Source of the DNA: Litorivivens sp.
Lineage (GTDB): Bacteria > Pseudomonadota > Gammaproteobacteria > Pseudomonadales > Spongiibacteraceae
NCBI RefSeq assembly: GCF_041624475.1
Contig: NZ_JBFJUX010000011.1
Span: forward strand, 7,891 to 71,890
Direction of reading: 5' to 3'
DNA length: 64,000 nucleotides
In this document: positions 17,834 to 27,929 of the stretch, one piece after another
Numbering within the stretch: the stretch's first letter is position 1
Layout of the letters: each line of letters opens with the position of its first letter
Translations under genes and position numbers: made by a program
Notes under the pieces: generated by a model
The model's database searches: none
Seen by the model: only the letters and a program-made list of their open reading frames with translations
Told to the model about the DNA's origin: nothing

Positions 17834-18598
17834 ATGAATTTCAGCGAGTTAGTAGGAAAGGTGGCGATTGTCACGGGTGGCAGTCGCGGTCTTGGCCGTG
17901 CGATGTCTCTGGGGCTGGCAAAGGAAGGTGTCAAGGTTGTCGTTGCCAGCCGCAAAATGGAAAACTGCGAAGCGGTGTGTGCGCAGATAGTGCAGGATGG
18001 TGGCGAAGCATTTGCAGTGAGTGCTCATGCGGGTCAGACGGAAAGCCTCGACAACTTGATAAACCAAACTCTTGAGCACTTTGGCGCAATTGATATTGTT
18101 ATCAACAATGCCGGCATTAATCCTGCAGTTGGTGGCTTGTCCGATCTGGAATCCTCGCTGTTTCAGAAAATGTTTGAGGTGGATTTAATGGGGCCCTGGT
18201 ATCTGGCTTCGCGAGCTGCGCCCCATATGGCCAAGCAAGGTGGCGGGAACGTAATCAATGTGATTTCTGTATCGGGCTTGAAGCCGCCGGCCTATCAGGG
18301 CTTTTATGCGTCATTAAAGGCTGGGTTGAACGCCATGACCAAGGTCATGGCGGCGGAATGGGCAGGGGACAATATTCGCGTTAACGCGCTGGCCCTCGGT
18401 AGCTATCACTCTGACCTGTTTGACAATAGCGCCGCAGTGATTCCCGGCTTTGAAGAAGGCGCCAAGGCCGCCAGCCTACAAAAGCGCATCGCCGAGACCG
18501 ACGAAGTAGTCGGCCCCGTGCTGTATCTGCTCAGTGATATGTCGAAGTATACGACCGGCTCAACCCTTCTGTCCGACGGAGGCTACTGCGTACTCTAG
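17834..18598 (+). CDS. SDR-family oxidoreductase
   Basis: The Rossmann motif is VTGGSRGLGRAM. Also present are NNAG and a YxxxK motif (YASLK). Confidence 0.9.
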   Translation: MNFSELVGKVAIVTGGSRGLGRAMSLGLAKEGVKVVVASRKMENCEAVCAQIVQDGGEAFAVSAHAGQTESLDNLINQTLEHFGAIDIVINNAGINPAVGGLSDLESSLFQKMFEVDLMGPWYLASRAAPHMAKQGGGNVINVISVSGLKPPAYQGFYASLKAGLNAMTKVMAAEWAGDNIRVNALALGSYHSDLFDNSAAVIPGFEEGAKAASLQKRIAETDEVVGPVLYLLSDMSKYTTGSTLLSDGGYCVL

Positions 18599-18679
18599 GG
18601 ATAGTAAGTGACAGGTGACACGGGGCCACTATTGGAATCTTGATTACTATCCAGCACCCTTGACATCGCATTCTTTATC

Positions 18680-18698
18680 GCAAATGATAACCATTATC
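18680..18698. promoter_or_regulatory. Fur-box-like operator overlapping a candidate promoter
   Basis: gcaaatgataaccattatc matches the 19-bp consensus GATAATGATAATCATTATC at 16 of 19 positions. A TTGACA hexamer lies at 18660-18665, and the box covers the expected -10 region. It is 21 nt upstream of the ATG at 18719. Confidence 0.6.
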
Positions 18699-18718
18699 AT
18701 TTAATGCGAGGGGCAATC

Positions 18719-19201
18719 ATGTCTTGGCAATTTCTTTGTAGCAAGCATCGATCACTGCTTAATGAGCGGCTGGAGGCGACCGCGCCAATCTGGGCGAGCT
18801 GGATGCGCAAGGGCGAGGTTTGCTGTTCAGCGTCCAACTTTGAGGTAGGTATTCAGTATTTTGGCTGTGCCCTAGACCTTTCGCTGCTGTTGATAGAGCG
18901 CTATACCGCGCACGGAGAGCTTGATGGGCAGCGCCATATGGAACGGCTTCTGGCTTCAGGGCTAGCCCTGGCCTCGGCACTGGCACGGTGCGGGCATCTC
19001 TCATTGCGGCGACAATTCCTGGATTCGATCAGCGAGCTTCACTATCGCGAACAATTGCGTACACCACTTTTGGCTGATCGATTACCTGCCTGGGACAGCC
19101 ATAGCGCATTGGCCCTGAGCGGGTATTCAGGACAAGGCTTAGCCACGGGGGTATCTGGCGAGCCAGGGCGATCTGACAGGCTTGGGGCGAGTATCAACTG
19201 A
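18719..19201 (+). CDS. Hypothetical protein (no recognisable family)
   Basis: 160 aa. The RBS GAGGGG lies 5 nt before the ATG at 18719. It is helical and Leu/Ala-rich, and I recognise no motif. Confidence 0.5.
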   Translation: MSWQFLCSKHRSLLNERLEATAPIWASWMRKGEVCCSASNFEVGIQYFGCALDLSLLLIERYTAHGELDGQRHMERLLASGLALASALARCGHLSLRRQFLDSISELHYREQLRTPLLADRLPAWDSHSALALSGYSGQGLATGVSGEPGRSDRLGASIN

Positions 19202-19354
19202 TGGCGGAGGAAACCGTACATTTGGCGATTGCCACAGATGTTCTTGAGCGGTTAATCGCCAGTGGGGCCCTGTGTGCGGCGGAGGTGTGCTGCGACAGTG
19301 CTCAGGATACGTCCCGACTGTCATCCATATGCAAGCGATGCTGCATGAGACGGA

Positions 19355-21148
19355 TTACAGCATCAACTCGCTGCGACCTTCCTCAACATCGAGAATCTGA
19401 ACCCTCACTTCACCCACGGCCAGACCGAGGGCCTCCAGTACTGGATCAAGGGCCAGCTCTGCGACACCGCCAAGGATAGGTGCCAGTGCAGTGAGCAGAT
19501 TGTTGGTCAGGGTGGCTTGGTCGCCGGTCGACAGCGTGATGGGCAGGCCCAGCAACCTCGCTGAAATATTGCTGACCAACGAACTGCCTGCTGTGCTGAT
19601 GCCATTGCTGACAGCGCCGGAGATTGTGGTGCTTGCTGAACCCTCTTCACTGGGGAGGGCATCGGGCTGCGAAAGATCCATACTGAACGCAATGGTGCTG
19701 TCGCTGCCATTGGCGATCGGCAAGGTGCCGGCGACGTCCAGATCGGTTTCAACGAGGCCCAGACCACCGAGGGTCAGGTCAACGGACAGATTGGCTGGGT
19801 CGCCGGGGTTAGCGCCGCGTATTTCCGCACTGACTGCCCCGGGTGAGGTGCCCACGGTAAAGTCGAATTGGCGGGATAGCAGGCGTGGACACTGACTTAT
19901 CTGATCGAGCCAGGCTTCATTCTCGGCGGTTGATGTGGCAACCGTTATATTGCCGTTCACCGTTAGCAGCGTACCGAGCAGGGCGTTCAGGGCGCCACTG
20001 CTGCCGGGGCCGAAATTGAGATTCACGCTGGTGGCCAGGTCCAGTGCCGCGGTCCGTGCGCTGGTTCGAGGCAGGCCAAGGGAGTCGTAGCCAAAGCGCC
20101 CCACGGCTATGGTGGGTACGCTGTTGATCGTGAGCTCAACGGTCTGATTCAGGGTGCTGCCGAAAAGGTCCTGAATGATGGGTAGAGAGCTGGTAGGGGT
20201 CGTTATATTGACGCTAATAGTATCCCCTAAATTGATATCCATCAGCGATGCGGTGATTAGCTGCAGAGGCGTTACTTCACTGTCGTCTGATTGATCGTTT
20301 CCCACATAGTCGTCGTCGACTTGCAGAATATTGCCCAGATCGATTGTTTCGGCGGAGCTGCCGGCTGCAATGGCAGCATTCAAAATATCGTTAATGGCAG
20401 CGCTGCTGCCGCCGCTGAGGGTAATCGCGTTACTCAGTGCGCTTAGCAGTTCGCTCAAACTCAAATTGAGATTACTCAGGTCGTCCAGCCCGGCGCCTGC
20501 TGACAGCAGGCCGGCGCTGGTCAATTCAGCGGTTAGCTCGCCAAAGGTAATGGCGCCATCAATGAGCCCTTGATAGCTGGCGGCGGAAAGGTTGATCGAA
20601 CTGCCCAACAGTCCACCTAAAACCGAATTCAACACAGTGGATTGATCGCTGTCGACGGAGAGCAATGCATTGCCGGCGGAGAGGGTGGCGATCAGGTCGC
20701 GCTCGGCAACACCGGTCGCGGTGAGGGTAATGTTGTTGAAGACACTGCCGGCAAACAATGACGATGCTACCGTGCGCGACAGAACGACCTGTACCGATTG
20801 AAACTCGGCACTGCTGGTGAATTCTCGTCGGTTGTTGTTGACCGCCAGCGTACCGAGGTTCACCGAGAGCGAATTTTCTGTAGCGTCGGGGTTAAAACCG
20901 TGGTCGACCAGAGTGTCGCGGATGCCGGCTGCCACCGTGTCTGCGCTTTCAAAGCCGCTGCAATAGAGTTGTGCTGCCTGAATGGCTGCCAGATCGGCCT
21001 GTTGCTGCAACATACGTTTTTCGTAGTAAAGCCTGCCGGTGTCGACAGCCAGTGCGACGAAAATCAATATGGCGCCCATCAGTACGGCGGTACTGATAAC
21101 GATGGCGCCGTACTGCTGACTTATGCGAACAGGACTGGCGTCACGCAT
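19355..21148 (-). CDS. tadG: TadG-like Flp pilus assembly protein
   Basis: 597 aa. The N-terminal TadG motif is GAIVISTAVLMGAILIFVALAVDTGRLYYEKRMLQQQADLAA. It is the last gene of the tad operon. Confidence 0.8.
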   Translation of the reverse strand: MRDASPVRISQQYGAIVISTAVLMGAILIFVALAVDTGRLYYEKRMLQQQADLAAIQAAQLYCSGFESADTVAAGIRDTLVDHGFNPDATENSLSVNLGTLAVNNNRREFTSSAEFQSVQVVLSRTVASSLFAGSVFNNITLTATGVAERDLIATLSAGNALLSVDSDQSTVLNSVLGGLLGSSINLSAASYQGLIDGAITFGELTAELTSAGLLSAGAGLDDLSNLNLSLSELLSALSNAITLSGGSSAAINDILNAAIAAGSSAETIDLGNILQVDDDYVGNDQSDDSEVTPLQLITASLMDINLGDTISVNITTPTSSLPIIQDLFGSTLNQTVELTINSVPTIAVGRFGYDSLGLPRTSARTAALDLATSVNLNFGPGSSGALNALLGTLLTVNGNITVATSTAENEAWLDQISQCPRLLSRQFDFTVGTSPGAVSAEIRGANPGDPANLSVDLTLGGLGLVETDLDVAGTLPIANGSDSTIAFSMDLSQPDALPSEEGSASTTISGAVSNGISTAGSSLVSNISARLLGLPITLSTGDQATLTNNLLTALAPILGGVAELALDPVLEALGLAVGEVRVQILDVEEGRSELML

Positions 21149-21153
21149 ACGCT

Positions 21154-21429
21154 TTACTCGGAAAAGCTTTCGTTGATATAGGTCTCGGCAATGGGGTGCC
21201 CGAAACTGTTGATATAGCGCTCATAGATTTTGCTCTGGGCCTTGCCCGGCAGCTGTTGCTCGTTACGAGACGCAATTTTCCCGGAGCGCTGTAACTCCAG
21301 CAGCTGGGCTGTCGGCGTGGCCTGCTGGCCCTTGAGCAGGGCCTGGGTTGAATCTGCTTTTGCTTCCTCGGCATAACCAGGAAGGCTTGTCAGCAGTACG
21401 AATGAGGCGGCGATAACAAGCGTTTTCAC
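21154..21429 (-). CDS. Small secreted protein of tad loci (DUF3613-like)
   Basis: 91 aa with a signal peptide MKTLVIAASFVLLTSLPGYA. It sits between tadD and tadG. Family assignment is from memory of similar tad loci. Confidence 0.55.
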   Translation of the reverse strand: MKTLVIAASFVLLTSLPGYAEEAKADSTQALLKGQQATPTAQLLELQRSGKIASRNEQQLPGKAQSKIYERYINSFGHPIAETYINESFSE

Positions 21430-22187
21430 AGTGTTTCTCCTGTGCGAATAAGGATGGGTTGCTCCAGGCCGGAATCCGGAATTTGAACCGGGACCCTGGC
21501 AACCGCGTCTTTTTGTGGGCTAAGCGAGACTTTTTTGAATTGCGCGGCGCGAACCATCAGATCCTGGAAGGCTTCAGGCGTCATACGGTGGTGTTCTGCA
21601 ACCGCCCAGGCAGTCTTTGTGTCCTGGTCAAGAATCAGCGCCAAGACGAGGTTCTTAATGGCGATGCGGTGTTCATTGTGCAGCTGTATGGCCGTCAGAA
21701 ACTCCTGCTGGGCGCGCTTGAACTGGCCGCTGGCCAGCAGGGCAAAACCGTAGTCGTTGCGTATGTTGGCATCTGTCGGTAACAGGTCGCGAGCAACTTT
21801 CAACTCCTCCAGCGCCTCGTGGAGTTTGCCATTGACCGCGTAGATCTTGCCCGCACCGAGATAGCCAAGGGCGTGAAGACAGCCATCCTTGAGTTTGTGA
21901 TACTCGGCCAGGGCGGCCTCGGGCTGGCCACTTTTGCGCAGCGATTCAGCCATCAGAAAGCTGGCTCCGTCAGAGGCAAAGGGCTCTCTCTCAAGATGGG
22001 CGATGGCCGAGAAATATTGTCCTTCAGAGACCAGCTGCCGGATAAGATCAAGTCGCACACTCATCTCGCGGCTGGCTTCCTGATAGCATTGCTGGCCGCT
22101 GTCGACCGGCACCTTGCTCAGTTTCGGCTGGCTGCTGCAGGCGCTAAGCAGCGCGCTGGTGAGCAGTATTGCCAGTTGGATACGCAT
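21426..22187 (-). CDS. tadD: TadD TPR lipoprotein
   Basis: It has a lipobox (LLSAC) and TPR-like repeats, and it follows tadC. Confidence 0.75.
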   Translation of the reverse strand: MRIQLAILLTSALLSACSSQPKLSKVPVDSGQQCYQEASREMSVRLDLIRQLVSEGQYFSAIAHLEREPFASDGASFLMAESLRKSGQPEAALAEYHKLKDGCLHALGYLGAGKIYAVNGKLHEALEELKVARDLLPTDANIRNDYGFALLASGQFKRAQQEFLTAIQLHNEHRIAIKNLVLALILDQDTKTAWAVAEHHRMTPEAFQDLMVRAAQFKKVSLSPQKDAVARVPVQIPDSGLEQPILIRTGETL

Positions 22188-22190
22188 GGT

Positions 22191-23123
22191 TTAACCCCCG
22201 TTGAGTGATCCAAGTGCACGCGAAATAGCGATAAAACCGGGACCGCCAATGACAATGATCAGTGCCGGGAACATCATCAGCATCATAACCACCGACATAT
22301 TCGCCGAGGTTTTGCTGACCTTTTCCTGCAGATTGGTTTTGCGACGACTCTGCAGTACTTCATAGAGTTCCTGCAGTGATTTATCGACACCGCCACCGGT
22401 ACTGGATTCCTGTCGCAGAATAATCAGATACTCGCGAAAGCCCTCGGCGGTGGTGTTGTTGCACAGTTCCTGCAACGCTTCGTCCTGCGCCTGACCGGCA
22501 TCGATACGTTTCACGGCTATTTTCAGTTCGGTCGCGGTGCTGGGTGTCAGGTGTCGCAGCTCGTCACAGAGAATACCGAGGGTTTTCGGCAGTGACAGAC
22601 CTACGCGCCAGAGCATTCGGGTGGTTTGGATCAGCATCAACGCCTCTTCCTCCAGACATTTCTGGCGCTTTTCTGCCCGTGTCTGCAGGCCCCGCTTCAT
22701 CATCAGTAGGGCGACAATCAGGGCTATAATGGCGTAAGCAAAAGATTCCACCGCGTTGTAGCGGCCCACTGCCATGGCGATGCCCAGCAGCAGGCTGAAA
22801 GCTACTGCAGCGGCTATGGCGTAAACCAGATAACGCATTTGATCTGCGGCTGAACTTACACCGCACTGCCGAAACAGTTGGGCTATTTCGTTGATGGCTT
22901 TGTAGCGATTGCGCAGTTGGCGCCAGGGCTCCAGTTTATACCCGCGCAAAGCGTTTTTTCGCTGCTCGCGTTTCGCGCGTACATCCACCACGGTAGTCTT
23001 TTTATGCGGGGCTTGTGGTGCGGTGCGTGGCTGAGCTTCAAAGCGCGCCAGAACCAGCAGGGCCGGCGCCGCTAACAACAGCACGATACAGGCGAGAAAC
23101 AGCAGGTGATAAGCTTCCATCAT
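22191..23123 (-). CDS. tadC: TadC inner-membrane platform protein (T2SS-F family)
   Basis: 310 aa, polytopic, and the second of two paralogous platform genes after tadA. Confidence 0.8.
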   Translation of the reverse strand: MMEAYHLLFLACIVLLLAAPALLVLARFEAQPRTAPQAPHKKTTVVDVRAKREQRKNALRGYKLEPWRQLRNRYKAINEIAQLFRQCGVSSAADQMRYLVYAIAAAVAFSLLLGIAMAVGRYNAVESFAYAIIALIVALLMMKRGLQTRAEKRQKCLEEEALMLIQTTRMLWRVGLSLPKTLGILCDELRHLTPSTATELKIAVKRIDAGQAQDEALQELCNNTTAEGFREYLIILRQESSTGGGVDKSLQELYEVLQSRRKTNLQEKVSKTSANMSVVMMLMMFPALIIVIGGPGFIAISRALGSLNGG

Positions 23124-23130
23124 TGCCTCG

Positions 23131-24003
23131 TCAAATGGCCCGGACCATACGCCACAGGGTTACGGCGCCGAGCACTTGCAGCGCCGCCGCGATCATCAGC
23201 AAATTCTTGCCCAGACTGTCATGCCACATCTGCAGGATGAAATCCGGGTTCATGGTGGTCAGTAGCGTGATCATGGCAAGTGGGAGTACGGTTAAAACCA
23301 GCGCGGTTATCCGGGTTTCACCGGTTTGCGCTTTCAATTCCCGTTTGCCCAGATCTTCCATTCGCAGTATGTGCACAATGTCATCCAGAATCGCGCGAAT
23401 ACTGCCGCCAAACTGCTCGTTGATATGCAAAGCCGTTGAAATGATCAGCAATTCTTTCAGACCGCTGGTGCGTGCTTCGCGTTCAAAGGCCTGATGAAGT
23501 TCCAGGCCAAGGCCTACCCGTTGCATTACTCGCCGCATGGCCAGTTCAAGAGGGCCATCGATATTTTCCATGGAGTCGGTGAAGGCGTGTTCTACCGACA
23601 CACCGGCGGACAGGCGGCGTGAAACCTGATTGAGAAACGAGGGCAGCGTTTGCAGTAAGCGTTGTTTTTGTCTTGCGCCCAGCGCCTGAAGAGCCAAGTG
23701 GGTAATCAGCAGTAAACCGCCGGCGGCCAGCAGTGCTACCGAAAACTCCAGGGCAAGCCAAAGCATCACAGCCAATACCAGCTCCGCCACCAACAAGGTC
23801 ATAACGACAGAAGGTTTAAGGTTCAAGCCTAGACGGTTCAGGTAGCGAATCAGAATTTCCGGCGTCCAGGAGGCCTTTCTGGCAGCCAGAGGGTCGAAGT
23901 CCTCTTCTTTTTTAACGGAAGTCGGACGTGACTCATTCTTGCCTGCCAGCAATAGCACGGCGCCAGCGCCGGCGATTAATATGCTGACCAGAACCCAAAT
24001 CAC
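23131..24003 (-). CDS. tadB: TadB inner-membrane platform protein (T2SS-F family)
   Basis: 290 aa and polytopic. Its start overlaps the tadA stop. Confidence 0.8.
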   Translation of the reverse strand: MIWVLVSILIAGAGAVLLLAGKNESRPTSVKKEEDFDPLAARKASWTPEILIRYLNRLGLNLKPSVVMTLLVAELVLAVMLWLALEFSVALLAAGGLLLITHLALQALGARQKQRLLQTLPSFLNQVSRRLSAGVSVEHAFTDSMENIDGPLELAMRRVMQRVGLGLELHQAFEREARTSGLKELLIISTALHINEQFGGSIRAILDDIVHILRMEDLGKRELKAQTGETRITALVLTVLPLAMITLLTTMNPDFILQMWHDSLGKNLLMIAAALQVLGAVTLWRMVRAI

Positions 24004-25244
24004 GCCAGCCCTTCCTGCACACGGGCTTGAGCCGTGCCATTTTGATCAACCCGTTCAAGTGCTCTGGTATGCTCATTAAACTGGAATATGGGGTTTAACT
24101 CAGCCAGTTTTCCACTGACCTTAACGATTTCTTTCACGACGCGTTGGCCGTCGTCTAATCTGCCCACGTGGACAATATAATCCAGCGCACTGCCAATCAT
24201 TTTCTGGCACAGGCTATCCGAGCCCTTGAAGTCAGACAGGCCAATCATCATTTCCAGGCGCGTGATAGCATCCTCCGCCGAGTTGGCGTGGACGGTGCTC
24301 ATCGAGCCGCTGTGACCGGTATTCATTGCCTGCAACATATCAAGAACTTCGCCGCCGCGACTTTCACCAACGATGATTCGGTCAGGTCGCATTCGCAAAG
24401 CGTTGCGCAAAAGTTCGCGAGCAGAGACTCTGCCGATGCCTTCATTGTTGGGCGGTCGGGTTTCGAGCCTGACAACGTGACTGTGCTGCAGTTGCAGTTC
24501 GGCCGCATCTTCGATGGTGACAACCCGCTGACCATCAAAAATATACTGACTAAGTGCGTTGAGCATGGTGGTTTTACCGGCGCCGGTGGCGCCGCTCACC
24601 AGTATGTTGGCTCTTGCGTGGACGGCCTGTTTCAGAAACTCCATGGCCTCTGTGTTTATTGAACCACTATTGATCAGGTCCTCTTCGGTCAGGGCCTTCT
24701 GGCGAAATTTTCGAATCGACAGACAGGGGCCTTCCAGTGACAGCGGCGGCACAATGGCGTTGATCCGGCTGCCGTCGGGCAGGCGGCCGTCGACCAGTGG
24801 GCTGGATTCATCGATGCGCCGCCCCAGCGGAGAAATCATGCGACGGATAACCCGCAGTACATGGCGATCATCGAGAAAGCGCAGTCGGGTTTTCTCCAGC
24901 ACGCCATTGCGCTCGATAAAGATCGACGTGGGGCCGTTGATCAGAATGTCGTTGACGTCCGGATCTTCCAGCAGGCTTTGTAGCGGGCCGTAGCCTGCGA
25001 TCTCATCAAACAGCTCCTTTTCCAGCGCGGCCTGCTCTTCCTCGGGAATGGGCGTTTCGTATATGCGACAGTACTGACTGATATAGCCGGAAATAGAGCG
25101 TGCAAGACGGTTGGTGTCGCCATCGTAAAAGGCTTCTTCGTCTTCAATACGCTCTATAACAAAGCGGTGCAGTGCGGCCTTTAAGCGCTCATACTCGTCG
25201 CTGATATTGATCAGGTCATCGTTACTGAGTTCGGACACAGTCAT
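24000..25244 (-). CDS. tadA: TadA/CpaF secretion ATPase
   Basis: Walker A is [10 protein letters not shown]. It shows the VirB11/CpaF-type signature IEDAAELQL...[30 protein letters not shown]. Confidence 0.95.
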   Translation of the reverse strand: MTVSELSNDDLINISDEYERLKAALHRFVIERIEDEEAFYDGDTNRLARSISGYISQYCRIYETPIPEEEQAALEKELFDEIAGYGPLQSLLEDPDVNDILINGPTSIFIERNGVLEKTRLRFLDDRHVLRVIRRMISPLGRRIDESSPLVDGRLPDGSRINAIVPPLSLEGPCLSIRKFRQKALTEEDLINSGSINTEAMEFLKQAVHARANILVSGATGAGKTTMLNALSQYIFDGQRVVTIEDAAELQLQHSHVVRLETRPPNNEGIGRVSARELLRNALRMRPDRIIVGESRGGEVLDMLQAMNTGHSGSMSTVHANSAEDAITRLEMMIGLSDFKGSDSLCQKMIGSALDYIVHVGRLDDGQRVVKEIVKVSGKLAELNPIFQFNEHTRALERVDQNGTAQARVQEGLA

Positions 25245-25274
25245 CTCCTGTCATCCACGGTTCCGTTGTGGCCT

Positions 25275-26591
25275 TCAATCCGAGAAGCCAACGCCTGGAG
25301 AGCTCCAGGTTTTACCGCTGTATTCCGGTTGCGGGTCACCAAACAGGATGTCGCCAAAGCTCGGTTGATGGCGGCGGTAGATCTCGCCGGGCAATTCAGG
25401 CAGCCGGGCCTGAGCGGCCAGCGGCCGCACCAGATGCGGCGTAACAATCATGATCAACTCCTTGTCTTCGCGTTCAAAACGGGTCGAGCGGAAGAAGGCG
25501 CCGAGAATGGGAATGTCGCCAAGACCGGGGAATTTGTCGGCACTGTTCGCGGTGCGGGTACTGATCAGTCCACTGATAATAAAACTTTCGCCTGAGGCCA
25601 GTTGCACTGCGGTGTCAGTGCGGCGCACGCGCAGCGACGGCACCGCAACGCCACCGGTTTGAATGCCGCTGACGAAATCCAGTTCACTGACTTCCGGTGC
25701 AACTTTCAACATGATGTTCTTGTCGTCGAGTACGGTAGGGGTGAGCTTGAGGCGCACACCAAACTCGCGATATTCAATTTCTACATCACCATTGTCATTG
25801 CTGGCCGGGTAGGGGAATTCACCACCCGCCAGAAAGCTTGCGGTGTGGCCGGACAAGGCCACCAGCGAGGGCTCGGCCAGGGTGTAGGCATAACCGTTGT
25901 TTTGCAGGGCGCTGATGACGCCGAGCAGTCCGCGCTGCGCTTTGCCGATGAGTAGCGAGTATCCATCGGCGTTTGGCAGAAATCCTGTGCTGGTCAGCAG
26001 GTTGAAGCCGCCGCTGCCGCCTTCAACACCGCCGAAGCTGCCGGGAGAGCCGATGGCGGCGGTTGTATTCAAGGTGTTTTTGGCCAGCAGGGAGCCGACT
26101 GTCTTCAGTTCGTTACGGCTGATTTCGACAATGCGAATATCGGTCTGCACCTGTATCGGCCCGGTCGAGTGCGTACTGTCGACGGCACTTTTACCAGCTG
26201 CGGCCACTGCCTTGTCATGCTCCGCCAGCGAGGCGACCGCACCGCTTACCATAATGCCGCCCTGGATGGCCTGTACGCTAGTCGATGGAGCCAGCTTTCC
26301 AATCTCCGGCGTCACATCGACCTTGTAGCGCAGTGGGTTGCGATAACCTTTCTTCCAGACCATAAGCGAAGTTTTACCATCGCCTTTGGCGGTCAACAGA
26401 ATTTCGCGACTGTTGATGACTTTGACACTGAGCACGTCGGGATTACCCACGGCGGTGCGCACAATGGCCTCCGGTGCGCGCATCTGATACTGCTCGCCGC
26501 TGATCATTTTCAAATCGGTATTGTCGAGGGCAAAGACTGACGCGGAAAACAGCAGGCCCAGTCCAAGCAAAATCATTTTCACTTTTTTCAT
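25275..26591 (-). CDS. cpaC: CpaC/RcpA secretin
   Basis: It has a signal peptide, an N-terminal BON-like region and a secretin C-terminal motif GDIPILGAFFRSTRF...LIMIVTPHLV. Confidence 0.9.
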   Translation of the reverse strand: MKKVKMILLGLGLLFSASVFALDNTDLKMISGEQYQMRAPEAIVRTAVGNPDVLSVKVINSREILLTAKGDGKTSLMVWKKGYRNPLRYKVDVTPEIGKLAPSTSVQAIQGGIMVSGAVASLAEHDKAVAAAGKSAVDSTHSTGPIQVQTDIRIVEISRNELKTVGSLLAKNTLNTTAAIGSPGSFGGVEGGSGGFNLLTSTGFLPNADGYSLLIGKAQRGLLGVISALQNNGYAYTLAEPSLVALSGHTASFLAGGEFPYPASNDNGDVEIEYREFGVRLKLTPTVLDDKNIMLKVAPEVSELDFVSGIQTGGVAVPSLRVRRTDTAVQLASGESFIISGLISTRTANSADKFPGLGDIPILGAFFRSTRFEREDKELIMIVTPHLVRPLAAQARLPELPGEIYRRHQPSFGDILFGDPQPEYSGKTWSSPGVGFSD

Positions 26592-27430
26592 GGGGAAGTC
26601 CTCACTGTTTCAACGCTGTCGCCATGGTAGACATAGACCTTCGGCCGGGGTTTGTAGACCTGCTTCGGCTTGCCGATAACATCACCCATATCCGCTTTAA
26701 TCTCGGCTCGTTCCGTTGGCGTTGCTTCAAGTTTTATCTGTTCAAGTTCGCGCTCACCGACGGCAGCCAGTCGCAGTGAGCCAGCAGTTTCTGCCAGTAA
26801 CAGCTTGCTGATATCGGCTTCCGGGACTTCCAGCACGGCAGTGCGGCTGCGTTTGCCGGATGCCTCTTCGCCTTTAGGGGTAGAGCCCTGCAGGACATTG
26901 CCGAAGGCCAGCACCTTGATGTCTGTGAGTATGCGCCGGGAAATACTGGCGTTGCCGGACTCGCGATTGGCTCGGGTAGCAAACAGCACGTCGACTTTGT
27001 CGCCGGGCATCAGATAGCCACCGGTACCGATGGTTTCGTCAACGGCAACCGCCAGAGCGCGAAAGCCCGGGTTTACCTGTTCGGCCAGGACGCTGGAGAC
27101 TTCGAAGTGCTGTTGGCGCAAAACTTCACCCTGGGGCAGGGCGACGTAGATTTCCTTGCCGACCACCGCGGAGGTCTCGCTGAACGTACCGCCTGCACTG
27201 AGCGGGTAGGGGATGCTCTGCACATCATCGGCGGTCAAAACTGTGTTAGGCGCAATGGCGCGCTTGGTGACCACGACCTTATAGGCAGATTCCGGCGCCA
27301 GTGCTACCGAGTTTACTTTCGGCTGAGAGCTCAGGCGAAGCCCGATAATGGCGAGAATCACCGAGAAACCGATCAGGCCGAAGGCGAGTATCTTGAGTGT
27401 TTTTGGCTGCATGGTCGCTTCCTTGTGCAA
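26588..27430 (-). CDS. cpaB: CpaB/RcpC pilus assembly protein
   Basis: It has an N-terminal TM helix (LKILAFGLIGFSVILAIIGL) and a SAF-like domain. It lies upstream of the secretin gene. Confidence 0.85.
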   Translation of the reverse strand: MHKEATMQPKTLKILAFGLIGFSVILAIIGLRLSSQPKVNSVALAPESAYKVVVTKRAIAPNTVLTADDVQSIPYPLSAGGTFSETSAVVGKEIYVALPQGEVLRQQHFEVSSVLAEQVNPGFRALAVAVDETIGTGGYLMPGDKVDVLFATRANRESGNASISRRILTDIKVLAFGNVLQGSTPKGEEASGKRSRTAVLEVPEADISKLLLAETAGSLRLAAVGERELEQIKLEATPTERAEIKADMGDVIGKPKQVYKPRPKVYVYHGDSVETVRTSP

Positions 27431-27440
27431 TCTTGCCTGC

Positions 27441-27929
27441 TTAGACCCGCAGGCTTGCCCGTCCGATTAAATGCTGTGGTACACGCGGTATCGTGCCAAT
27501 GGCCGGCAGGGTTACTGCGGGAATCAGCGGATTGGTGGCGTAATTGTCGTAGCGTACTTCGACGGTACAGGTGTCGCTCGCGCAATTGACCACGACTTCT
27601 TCACCCGCGCTGCCGAGAACAATGTTTTTCACCGAAGGGGGTAACCAGTCGAGGGATGTGACTACCTGTGCGCGAACTGCCGGAGTGATTCGGTTGTCGA
27701 TACATTGCTGGGTTGTCAGGCCATCGCAATCCACTGCAACTGCAGCGCGCAGCGCGTCTTCCGAGGCGTAGGTAAAACTTTGTATCAAGAGAAAGACAGT
27801 GGAGTAACTCACCACGGCGTACATTAAGGCCAAAAAGACCGGCAGCACGAGTGAAAACTCAATCGCTGAGGCGCCCCATTGCTTTTTGCTGTTACCTTTT
27901 CTATTGCGCGTGGACATCGTTGTCCTCAC
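27441..27929 (-). CDS. tadE: TadE-like pseudopilin
   Basis: The TadE N-terminal motif is GASAIEFSLVLPVFLALMYAVVSY. Confidence 0.8.
   Translation of the reverse strand: MRTTMSTRNRKGNSKKQWGASAIEFSLVLPVFLALMYAVVSYSTVFLLIQSFTYASEDALRAAVAVDCDGLTTQQCIDNRITPAVRAQVVTSLDWLPPSVKNIVLGSAGEEVVVNCASDTCTVEVRYDNYATNPLIPAVTLPAIGTIPRVPQHLIGRASLRV

Noticed and set aside
19201-19479. 92-aa Cys-rich ORF starting at a TGATG overlap with the Fur-box gene
   Set aside because: It is tempting because of the coupling-like overlap and the CC/CxxCC pattern. However, it converges on tadG and overlaps 125 nt of its 3' end, and the second half of the translation looks like noise. It is mentioned only as something to test by Ribo-seq.
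25245-25274. Possible missing tadZ/cpaE or rcpB between the secretin and tadA
   Set aside because: The gap is only 30 nt and no alternative-frame ORF fits. The gene is genuinely absent from this locus.
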